Source of the DNA: Girardia tigrina
Lineage: Eukaryota
Length of the DNA: 64,000 nt
Assembly: GCA_001938485.1 (NCBI GenBank)
Contig: MQRK01247048.1
Span: 1 to 64,000, forward strand
Direction of reading: 5' to 3'
The translations under genes were made by a program, and so were the position numbers. Under the pieces are notes generated by a model. That model searched no databases. It was not told where the DNA came from and was given only the letters and a program-made list of their open reading frames with translations. Numbering within the stretch: position 1 is the stretch's first letter; each line of letters begins with the position of its first letter. Positions 1 through 11,387 of the stretch are shown here, piece after piece.

Positions 1-459
1 ATTAACACGAATAAAGACAAGATACCTGAGGCTTAGAAACGGGGTAACACGCCACTAATAACGCTCAGTACCCCTTGATGCCACACGTAGGCTTGCACGG
101 CCACAAGTCATAAAAATCCCAGCGTTGCGAACCTTCCGTGGCGAGGACGATCGGTCTATACNNNNNNNNNNNNNNNNNNNNNNNNNNNNNNNNNNNNNNN
201 NNNNNNNNNNNNNNNNNNNNNNNNNNNNNNNNNNNNNNNNNNNNNNNNNNNNNNNNNNNNNNNNNNNNNNNNNNNNNNNNNNNNNNNNNNNNNNNNNNNN
301 NNNNNNNNNNNNNNNNNNNNNNNNNNNNNNNNNNNNNNNNNNNNNNNNNNNNNNNNNNNNNNNNNNNNNNNNNNNNNNNNNNNNNNNNNNNNNNNNNNNN
401 NNNNNNNNNNNNNNNNGCAAGATAGGAGGCGTCCGACCCTATTTATAAAGACAATACAA

Positions 460-1330
460 TTAAATAAGTTTAAACTGGGTTGTGGTTGACCCATAACAAT
501 CACTGGGGGCTCGCGAGCTGTCAAAAATGTTTTCACTCGAGAGGGTCGTGACAAATGCAACATTAATTAACGTTTTTTGCAATAGAGTTGATTGCAAACA
601 ATTTTTTGTAAATTTTACTTTGGAGAATGACCTCTCTCCCGAACAATTAGATATCATGAAACATTTGATTGTAAGTAATGCTTCCATCAATTTTCTGTAG
701 TTTTGGTAAATACATTTGACTGAGTCAGCATGGGCACTCCATCGAGTATTCGATAGTGATTTCAGTGAACTACTTCCTAATTGTTCAAAAATATTCCATC
801 ACTTTGTGGAAGCATAAAAAATATTGTACAGTTCTTGAACAATATCGAAAAAGTTAATATCGATACTACAATTCATACCAGCCTCTCCTCCTAAGTTAAG
901 AGAATGACCTGAACGAGGCAAGAATTTTGCAAACTTATTAAGTTCCAAAATTCTAGTTTTCATGCCTTTATATTTTCCAGTCATATTACTCGCGTTATCA
1001 TAAGATTGGCTTCTACAGTTGGAGATTTCTATGTTCAATATTTCATTTTAAAAGTTTACCGTTAAATTTGCTAAATTTTCCCCTGTGTGATCATCCATAT
1101 GGATGTAGTTGACAAATCTTTTAATTGATTCATTAGCTTGATCTATGTACCTCAAAATCACACATAATTGATCTTTGTGAGTTACATCAGGTGTCGAGTC
1201 TACTGATAAGCCATAATACTTCGATTTTAAAACATCATCGCTGATTGATTGGAAAACTTTTCTTGACATCAATACGATCAATTCCTCATGTAGTCTTTGA
1301 GAGGTAGTTTGTTTTTCCAGAACCTCTGTC
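460..1330 (-). mobile_element. hAT (ZMYM1-like) transposase remnant
   Basis: Fragmented ORFs with hAT motifs YYGLSVDSTPDVTHKDQL..LRY, SQSYDNASNM.G, HSLNL, TRWSA and the dimerisation motif SNCSGERSFSK; frameshifts and deletions. Confidence 0.85.
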
Positions 1331-2399
1331 ACCTTTAGAAGAAGAAAGATGGGTGTGGATTCCGGCTCCGCTTGGTTGGAGTACTTTCGTTTAGCACTTC
1401 CTTGACGGATTATTTTAGTTGTGAATATTTTTCGGTTGCTTGTATTTGATAATACGTTAATTTGGAAATGTTGATGTGATTGTTTTCTGAATATGTATTG
1501 TTTACTTGAATTTCTGTGGGTTTTTTTATTTCTAAAAAATCTGATTGACTTATTCTGCAATTCGATTTTGAAAGTACATTTTTTCTTTTTTTGTCTGAGT
1601 TGTTAAGTGAGTGACGTAATTTCTGTTAAAATCATTTTTGATTTTTGAGTTGTAAAAGGTTCGAAATTTTGTTTTGTGAGCATGTTTTTCTTGTCTGAAA
1701 GACCACGGGTATTGACATTTATAATCATTTTCGTTAAAATTCAGGTAATACCAACAGATGTTTGCTTGTTTTTGGTTCTGTTTTTCAAAATCCTTTGCGT
1801 CGTAATTGGCGGACTTGTGAGAAAAAGAATTGAGCTGATTTATTTGATTGATCTTGTTATACTTCACTTTATTTATAGTTTTTGAAATTCCCAATGCCAA
1901 TAAAGAGTATTCCACATTTTTTGTACATCGAAAAGCAATCTTTCCATTGCGTTTAATAGAAAATTGTATTTTACGTTTAACTGCGATAAATTATCTTGTT
2001 GATCTTGATAATAATTCCTCGATTAACTGGTTGAAATTTCTTTTCGACGAATTTTTCTTTTTCAATGGAGGCATATTCTTCTTTCTTTTTTTTCTTCTGA
2101 TGTGTTTGGGATTTTTTTGTGGGTTCTTTGTTTCTGACACCAATTGTTGAGGACAAAAGGTGTCCATAATCTACCGAAATAACAAATCCACGAAATTCAT
2201 TATTAAACAATTTATTTAACAAAATTATAAATCATAATAAATAATCAATTTCAATATTCTTCTTAATTATCAACTTTAATTACAATAATTTTTTAAAATA
2301 ATTAATTTAATTAATTATTTTAAATTTACTTTAATTTTATATAACTTAATTAGTTAATTTATTAACTATATACTTTTATTTATGTATTTATTTTCCTTA

Positions 2400-3990
2400 A
2401 ACTGGCAAATGTTCGGTCAAACCAAAATTTCTGCTCCAACATTCTTCTGCCGACCAATTATATAATTTCTTTAAAACTTTTGTAATATTCTTTTTATTTC
2501 TTGAAGGGAATAATATTAAAGATTTTTCTAAATCTTCATTTTGCTTTTTATCATTTCTCTATAATTTTTTGTACATCTTTATCAAAGGTTCCAATTTGTT
2601 CTAAACATTTATCTATTTGTTCATTGTTTATAATTATTTTTTTTCTAGAACATTAATTTTCTGTTCTGACTCATTTTGTTTTTCTTCTAATTCCGAAAAA
2701 TAATCTATAGCAATATACTATTTATATCCACTATATTTTCTTTTAATCTAACTATTTCTGCCACTTGTTTTAACCATTCTTCAGCTTGCATCGCTAAATT
2801 CATATGACTAAATAACTTTTCATTTTCCTTTATTTTTTCATTTATTTTTTTGTAAATTCATTTTTAAAATAATATTTTTTTCTTTATTTTTCTTTTTATC
2901 ATTGAGTTTTTGAATCATTAATTCACGTTTTTCATCTTTAGATAATTCTTTGCTTTCCGGTTCAGATTTTTCTTTTTCAGTTAAATTTATATTAGTTTGA
3001 CATTCTATTTCAGATTCGGATTCATATTGTTCTTTTCCTTTCCCCATTATTAATTCTTTTTTAATCTTCTTAGTTTTTTTACCTTTGGCTCGTTAAGTTT
3101 AATGTTTTTGCTTCTACTTTTTTGAATTGGGACGCAACGACTATAAAAAGAATTTATATCCAAATCTTTCATTATTCGATTAAATTTATAAGTTGAAACA
3201 TTGTTTTTTTTATATATTTCTTTATGTTTCAAATTTTGATTTTTATACTTTAAATAGTCGGTTATTATTTTTTTCATTATCATCCAAGTTGGAATTTAAA
3301 ACCTTTAGTTTTACATTCTTTTCTAAACAATCGAATCGAAATTTATCGAGTTTCATTAGATAATCAAGATTAATTTTTTATTTTCTTCCATTTTCTTTAT
3401 TAATATAATATGAATTTTTGAAAAATAAAAAAATTCCCTCGATATTGATGAAATCATGTTTTCATTATTCTAGAAATACGATTTTTCATATAAAAAATAG
3501 AATATTTTCAAATTGACAAATAAATATTAAAGTTTGAATATGAATGAAAAAAGTTTTTTAAAAAATAGAATTTTTCGAATTAAAAGTAAAATTTCATCAT
3601 AAAATCAGGTCATGAAGATAATCTAAAAATTTACATAGAAAAAATCTCACAAAAAAACAAGCAAAAAATACGAATAAAATAAAAACTGCGAACAAACATA
3701 AATATTATCATTTTGTATTATATATTTTTCCATTTTCTTTATTAATAATATGATTTTGGAAACTTTTTGATAATAAATCGATAATTTTTATTGTATTTTG
3801 ACTAATTTCTAATATTTTAGTCAATAAATCGATAATTTTGATCGATTTGGAAATCATTTCTAATATTTTAGTCAATAAAATATTTTCTAATAAATCAATA
3901 AATTTGACCGATTTTTGAATTAATTTCAAAAAGCCTCAAAAAGGGCTCTTTTTGAAGGGTTTATCTAATACCCTCATAAATATATTACTG
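2400..3990 (-). mobile_element. Possible Maverick/Polinton-like fragment (Lys/Glu-rich ORFs, HTH-like ORF)
   Basis: Broken ORF 3050-3390 (LKHKEIYKKNNVSTYKFNRIMKDLDINSFY) resembles small HTH ORFs recalled from Polinton/adintovirus-type elements; the motif CATATTATTAATAAAGAAAATGGAA precedes ATGs twice (~3390, ~3735). No hallmark gene seen. Confidence 0.3.
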
Positions 3991-4121
3991 ACGGGTCTTT
4001 TTCTAGTTTCCTATTACTTAATTATTTTAATATAAGAAAATAACTATTTGCAATGTGTTTTAAGATTCCTTTGAGTTTTTAGGCTAAATTTAAATTGCAT
4101 TTTCCGCCATAATACTTGTTT

Positions 4122-4186
4122 TGAGTACCCTAAGCAACCTTTCGCGTACCTCTAGAGGTGCGCGTACCATAGGTTGGGAGCCGCTC
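4122..4186 (-). mobile_element. hAT/Charlie-like MITE terminus
   Basis: Minus strand reads AGCGGCTCCCAACCTATGGTACGCGCACC, resembling hAT-Charlie non-autonomous ends. Confidence 0.5.
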
Positions 4187-5066
4187 TATTAAAGTATTGA
4201 AAAAATCTTTTGATTGTAGTCATTTAATTTATTTAAAATTCAAAATAAAATTTTTATATTAAATTAAAAAAATCAAAAATTAATGTTTTTAAAATTCAAA
4301 ATGCATTTTAAATAGCCATAGATTACTTTATTATTTTTAAAAGCAAACTATTTCTAAAATATTTATAATTTTATTCACATTTATTTTTTAATATTCATTT
4401 TTTTCAACATCCCATATTTTTCGATATTTACACAATTTTTTTCTAAAAAAATGTTGATCTAGGACTGCCCTAATGTATGAAGAAAGTTTATTGCATTATC
4501 AAACCGTCTTCAATTGACGTTTGAAGAGATAAACAAAAAATCATCGTTATGTATCAGATTGGAATAGGGTCCAATGTACCCTATTATTTAATTTTTAAAA
4601 AAATAGTTTACAAAATAAAAAATAATATAAAATATTATTTTATTTTAATTTTTATAATTATTTTTTACAATAATATTGAAATAATTTTTAATGTTTATTC
4701 AATTTATTATTAATTTATTTAATATAAAAATAAAGAAATGTGTTTAAAAATAAATCGAAAATAAAAAACGTAAAAGTGTTTATTAAAAATATTCTAATTA
4801 TTTTTGAAATAGCAAAATGGAATTAAAAATATTTTATTAAATAATACTAATTTACTTTTAAGAAATATCTGCAAAGAACCAAAAATGAAATTTTATTTAC
4901 TTTCAATTATTTTAAATTTAAATTTTATAATAAACATTTAAGATTTCTAAACTACTTTTATTTTTTTCATATTTGGTATAAGTAATAATTTTTCTATAAA
5001 TTTTAAATTTAAAGAATCATAAATTATTTTGTGAATTGAAAATTTTAACTAACACATTATAGATCC

Positions 5067-5446
5067 TGTGATGAATGTTTTGAATTGTGTGTTGATATTG
5101 TGCATGTTTTATGTTGATTCGTAATGTGCCTTTCCTACACAAATGGATGATTGGTATTTTCTTTGATTCTTACTAATTAAAAATAATTTAATTTTAAAGT
5201 AAAAAGATTTAAAATAATTTTTGAATGTAATTTAAAATTTTAATATATTAATTTAATATGTTCTTTATTTAAAAATATTTAAATTTAATTTTAACCAAAT
5301 AGATTCTTTATAATTAATAACTTTTATTAACAGATTTTCATTTATTGAAAATAATTAGTTTGAATATTGATCAAGAGAGATGTCAAATAGTGAATGCGCT
5401 TGTGATATTAATAAATGTTGTAAAACTCATATTGATGTTGTTAATA
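5067..5446 (+). mobile_element. Solo LTR, Gypsy family B
   Basis: TGTGATGAAT...GTTGTTAATA flanked by GATCC/GACCC; carries the family core TTTCCTACACAAATGGA. Confidence 0.75.
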
Positions 5447-5612
5447 GACCCCATTAACTTAAAAATGTCTCAAAACGCATTTATATTATATTTTATGTAT
5501 AAAATTTTGAATTTCTTATTTATATTATCAATTTTCACACAACATAAAATACTCCTCGAATAAAGTATTTTATTTTCAACAAAAGATAAATACAGTTTAT
5601 TGAGTAATAGCG

Positions 5613-6467
5613 TTAATCGTCTTTCTTTATCCTGATCATATCGACTTTCTGTTTCGAGATATGGAAGGCAGGTACGACCCACGACAGACAGACGCATCTC
5701 TCGCCCACCCACGTGTACGATCCCAATTTACACGAGCATTTCGGACAGTCGATCCTTCCCCCAGTGGCGCTGCTGCTGTCGATCCAATCGACCGGCTCGA
5801 TGAATATCTCGTCGATGCAGCGCGTCTGCTCGTTGACCTCGCGCACCCCGAGAACTTTGCTGTGGTGCACGAGACTCGACCGGTCGAACAGAAACACGCG
5901 GCACTTTCTGCACTTGAATTCGATATTGCTCCACCTATCATCCGCGGCGCGTTTCAGCGCATTGATCGGTAATTTCGTGACGCGGTGGTACTTGTCGCTG
6001 CCGTCGCGAGCGCAGACCAACAGAAACTGTTTGTACTCGGCGCTCTTCTGCGCGGTCGAGCAATTCATGTTGTAGAAGATGGTCAATTGGTGCGTGAAGC
6101 CGATGTTGGGACAGACGTGGGGCGCGCGCTGCTTGACGGTGGCGAGCGCGGCGGCGGGGTCCAAGGCGAGCGTCTTCATGACGTAGGCCGCGACGATAGT
6201 GGCGCTGCGCGACAGTCCGGCCAGACAGTGCACCAAGNNNNNNNNNNNNNNNNNNNNNNNNNNNNNNNNNNNNNNNNNNNNNNNNNNNNNNNNNNNNNNN
6301 NNNNNNNNNNNNNNNNNNNNNNNNNNNNNNNNNNNNNNNNNNNNNNNNNNNNNNNNNNNNNNNNNNNNNNNNNNNAGCACGTGACCAATGGCGCGCGCGC
6401 GCAGCTCATCTCTGTCGAGCACGTCGTCGAACGATCCGAGCCACAGTCGGGACACGATCTCTCTCAT
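5613..6467 (-). CDS. DUSP12: Dual-specificity phosphatase 12 (YVH1-like), GC-rich copy, spans an N gap
   Basis: Catalytic HCLAGLSRS, PNIGF..QL and C-terminal Zn domain (CRKCR, IDCPKCSCKLGSYTWVG..C.C..W..PAFHI..KVD); no introns in the visible part. Confidence 0.92.
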   Translation of the reverse strand: MREIVSRLWLGSFDDVLDRDELRARAIGHVXXXXXXXXXXXXXXXXXXXXXXXXXXXXXXXXXXXXXXXXXXXXXXXLVHCLAGLSRSATIVAAYVMKTLALDPAAALATVKQRAPHVCPNIGFTHQLTIFYNMNCSTAQKSAEYKQFLLVCARDGSDKYHRVTKLPINALKRAADDRWSNIEFKCRKCRVFLFDRSSLVHHSKVLGVREVNEQTRCIDEIFIEPVDWIDSSSATGGRIDCPKCSCKLGSYTWVGERCVCLSWVVPAFHISKQKVDMIRIKKDD

Positions 6468-9400
6468 TGCGCCTCGATCGATTATCGCACTCGCACGATC
6501 GATCGACTATGTCAACTATTGATTGTGATTATTTAAACAAATCGAGTTTCACTTGTCCAAAAAATTTGTGATTGTTTCCGATATCGATTTTGTTGATTTA
6601 CGATATTGTTATTATTTCTTTATTCTCTATGGATATCGATTTTTGGATTTTTATTATTTTATTATTTCTCTACTATTTATGGATATCGATTTTTTTGACT
6701 TACGATATTTTTTATTGTTTCTTTATTATTTATCGATATTGATGATTGGATTTTTATTATTTAGTAAATATTGTTGGGATACAGAGGTGATTCAATAGAT
6801 TAAAGGAATAAAAAATGATTATTTCTTTTATAAATATATTTATTTATGTGCAGTGTTTACATTGGGAATCAAATGAGGCAAGTTTTATCTTCAAAAATTA
6901 GACAAAAAGGTGGAAAAATTAATGTTTACACAGATCAGTTTAGAATATATGTTATATATTAGAAATTGATATATAATTATATAATTTGCCAGTTCGTACA
7001 ATGGTATTTCGATCCAACTGAGTAAGTAAACTTTTTTTCTAAGTTTTTTATACTATCGACCTTCGCACTTTATACATGCGTCGTCGGTACTTAATTGATT
7101 GGTACGTTGTAATGTATAATTATTCAGTCGCTCTGAAATTTGATCGAACTAAATTATTTCGTAATTAATAAAATATATAAATTCTTCAGATTATATAATT
7201 TTCAGCTTTTCTTTTACTCTTTTTTTTCATTGTAATCCTTATAAATATTAAAGTCTTCTGTGTCTGTAATAAAAACTCTCTTCTTATAGTGCTTATTCAC
7301 TTATAATTTGACTTTAGTTATGATTTTCATTTTTTGTTTATATTGTTCTTGTAAGTGTTCTTCTTTCCCTATTCCTTTTATTTATAATTTTATTATTTTT
7401 ATTCCACTATATTTATATACATTTGATATTTAATTTTGTAAAAATGTAAATAAAGTTTTACTTTACTTATTAAGTCAAACAATTTGTAATTTAAAATATT
7501 TATTTAATTCTTTAACCTCAACAATATTATTGATCGATATTGATTTATTGATTTACGATTTTAATATATTTTTGTTACTAAAGAAAAAATAATTTTTTGT
7601 CGAGGTCGCCTTCATCTATATCGATAACTTGACGCCTCATAACATCTTATGGTGCTCTGAGCCCCCAAGTTATTGTTTACCACCCATTACGATTCCATAC
7701 TCGATTTCGACACTCGACAAGTTCACTCCTCTGATGTTCGTTTAATTGTAACTCTACATTTAACATCTGCTAACAGTGCCAAACTTTGGGTTACCATCGG
7801 GTCCTAACCGACAACTATTATTGCCCGGTCTGTAGCTAGGAGTTTGATACTTAGACTATTTACACGGAACTATTCTACACATTATTACGTCTTAACGTAA
7901 ATGAACTTTATACCGTATTGGCACGCCGTGCATCACTCTTAAGACACATTTTCACATCAACGTTATTGTATTAAAATAAATACTTTACATTATTATAAAA
8001 TAATATACACTACCATAGAATGATTTTAGGAATATTTCACCTTATTCGAAGTGAAGGGGTGCTACAAAGATAGGTGACGATCGCTCGGAGCATGCTCAAC
8101 GGCGTGACCCGCATTTCCTCGCGTGGTCTTCTGCCTCAGTTTATTAAAATATTATTATCTAATTATCCAATTTTATATACATCTAATTATTCAATTATCC
8201 AGCAGTGTTAACATTATCCAATTATTATTCAAAATTATAATAATCTAATTATCTTATACATAGACTCAAGAGGACCACATGTTTCAGATTCGTTGATGTA
8301 CAAGGTTCGAGGCCGATCCTAGCGCATCAAAACGACCCTGATGACGAGCCCACAACATTGGCTTTAAAACTATTAAATATTTCCGAATTGATCGTAGTTT
8401 ATAAACATTTATTAACTGGCATATTTATTCAATAAAAAATTAAACAGTCATTTAAATAGATCTACGTAAGTCTGTGGGACATAATCAAAGTAGTTACACA
8501 ATAGATATAACCATTAACGAACATATTCATTCAATGCCAGTCGCTGGAATCAACTCCAAATTATTTAAAGAAATATAAACTATTTATTAACTAAATACTA
8601 AATAGGAAATTCAATTAATAAACAGCATGAACAAACAGATTTTAAGTTAGTCAAACTATTAAAATTATTTCTATCATTTACAGAAGTTAATTTTATTTAC
8701 AAGGATCAAGAATACGCCCGAGTTACGTCTCGCAGTTCAGAGACCATTCCTTCTGATCCCTTGAACGCTGAGGCGAACCCAGGGTACGATCTATGATTAG
8801 TCTATTCTCTAAAGAATCTAGCTCAATAATCATTATCGTAATAAACTATTTTTGTAATTTAGATAAATTAGAGATTTAGGTGAACTTAATAATCAATAAT
8901 GGGATAGGATAAAATAAAAAAATTATAAAATAATAACAGAATAATATATTATAAAATATAGAAACTGATACGGATAGTTAATAATTAATTAACAATGAAA
9001 TGGATCACAAAATTTATTAAATAATAAAAGAAGACATTGTAAAATGATAAAAAAACAAGATAATAAAAGGAAAACCGTACATCGGTGCTATATCTGTCAA
9101 ATGTTGCAATTGCAATTTTTTTGCAATCAAGTGACAATTGTTTTTCAAAATTAAATTTTTCAAGTCTTTTGGATTTGAAAGCATCTGATCTGATTCGTGA
9201 TTTTTTGAAAAGTTTACAATATTTCTTTTCAATGTTTTCGTTAAAAGATTCTTTTTTGATTTCAGTAGTTTCCTCATCCCTTTCATCTAAGTCATCAACA
9301 AATGAGAACCATTTTCTTCGTTTAATTCAATTTGGTTTATATTTTCTTTGGAAATTGTCTTCGTTACAGCCAAGTGTACTGTATGATCTAGACAAGCTTG

Positions 9401-9689
9401 ACATAAATTAATATTTTTGATATTTAGTTTCTAAGAACAATCACACTAAAGCATGAATTCAAAATAAACGTTGAATTTAAAAATTTAAACAATAATTATT
9501 TATGATATTATTACAATTCACAACAGGTTTAAATATTAAAAACAAAAATTAATGAATCAAATTTACAGAAAAAGTCAGAATTTTAATTAGATGTAATTCA
9601 AAATCAAAGATTTTTGATTTATTTTATTATATTTTCTTGTTATTCCCTATTTTGAAAAACATTAATAAAAATTTAAAAATTAAAAAAAT

Positions 9690-9828
9690 GCTGTTGAAAA
9701 TTTTTTTAGTAAGTGTCTAGAAATATAAGCCCGAAGCCCTTCGGATTTCAGGCTCGGGCTTCGGGCAACAAAAAATATGAAAAGTCCGTCGGGCTTTGGA
9801 CCTGAAGCCCGCCCGTTCCCAACACTAA
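9690..9828 (-). mobile_element. hAT-like element end with GCCCG/CGGGC subterminal repeats
   Basis: Minus strand starts TAGTGTTGGGAACGGGCGGGCTTC; repeated AAGCCCG/CGGGCTT motifs. Confidence 0.5.
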
Positions 9829-10047
9829 ATCCATTGTGCTTTTCAGAATTCTTTGCACACATTTGTTTATTTATTATTTATAATAAAATTTATTATTTAT
9901 TTACAAAATTATATTTTTTATGAAAATCAAAAAATATAAACTATATTTTGTTCGCGACAAATCGATAAACCAAATCGTGAAATTTTTTTTAAAAAAGAAC
10001 ATTTATATTTAAGAAAAATTAATTTAATTTAGCTATTGTTAGACATT

Positions 10048-10548
10048 TATTATATATATTATAAAAGCCCAAGTCACTCACTGCTTCACTAACGCTCATA
10101 TTATCTACTTACAATTGTAAGTAGATATTTATATTAATAATAATTCATATGGAAAATTATTATTAGCAGAATTATTCATGATAATTTTCCATATGAATTA
10201 TTATTAATATAATTATCTACTTACAATTGTAAGTAGATAATATGAGCATTCTTAATTTTGACTTGTTAAGCAAATTTTGGGTTGGCCTTTTGGAATTCAA
10301 CATTTTTCATTCATTATATTTTTCGGTAGGATTTTCAACAATGGCAACTTCTCAAAAGGGTAATTTACTGAATAATGAACGAGTATTTACCAAAAATATA
10401 GTTTATAAANNNNNNNNNNGAAGACACTTATTTCTAATGATTAAATGTGGAAAACAAATGAATTTTAAAAAAAATGTCTTTTGAAAATTTATTTGAAATT
10501 TTAACTCTATATAATTATATCCGTCATACATGACGGGTTATTTACTAG
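10048..10548 (+). mobile_element. Non-autonomous Helitron-like element
   Basis: 5' TATATATTATAAAAG...TCACTCACT; 3' hairpin CCGTCAT-A-CATGACGG followed by CTAG|T. Confidence 0.65.
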
Positions 10549-11387
10549 TTATAAAATAAAAATTGTTTAAAAGGTTGATTTGTTTAAATCAATCAGTTAA
10601 ATTATTTGTGAATTGTAAATTTGTTTACTGCGCAAAACAAAAAAAAATAAATCGAAAAAAAATTAATAGATTTCGTCGTTTTTGATTGAAAATAAATAAT
10701 TGAATCAATTTGAAATCTGGGATAAAAAATGGCTAATTTAATGAGTCCAAATTTACATATTCGATATTCGAAATTGATATAAGTATATAGGGCTTGGAGG
10801 TCAAAATATAAATTTCTGACTCACTAGGAGTCAAATTTTAAAGTGACTGGTTTCCACTTTCTATATCACGTAAAATAGGAAGGATGTTTATCAATTAATC
10901 CACCACTCATATCGGTTTAAATTCCACTTTAGTTTAACAGTTCAAATGTAATCTGTGTTACTCAACATACATTGGAGAGATATGTCGTTATTTCTGTACT
11001 TTGTTGAAAAGTTATTCATTGTGTCATGCTCGAATAAAAATCCGAATGGCAGGATAATACAAATCACAAACAATATCAATAAAATTTATATACTAACTTC
11101 TCAACCTCTAAATTCAATTATAAGTTTTCTTTTTAACTTAATCATTTCTTATTAAATACAGTGATGTAGAAAAATTCTATCTTTATGATCTTTGATATAA
11201 AATATTAGTGAAACACATATCAATGTTCTCCTTGATTGTTTAATATGAATAAATAATCAATGATGTTTATATTGTAAATAAAATATACTGTAAAGAGTAC
11301 TGACACAACTACTATGCAACATCTATTAATATTTAATTTATAGTTATCGCAACTCTCGGAAATTCTTTCACCGCTTGTCATCATTCT

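Noticed and set aside
55-563. ORFs made mostly of X (also 24381-25171 and 63649-63942)
   Set aside because: Artefacts of N gaps.
5636-6536. Overlapping and antisense ORFs over the GC-rich DUSP12 and over gag genes
   Set aside because: Expected from stop-poor composition; no recognisable domains.
8052-8135. Second HDV-like motif (CATTTCCTCGCGTGGTCTTCT)
   Set aside because: Only a P3/L3-like part is present; no P4 or J4/2 follows and P1 is poor.
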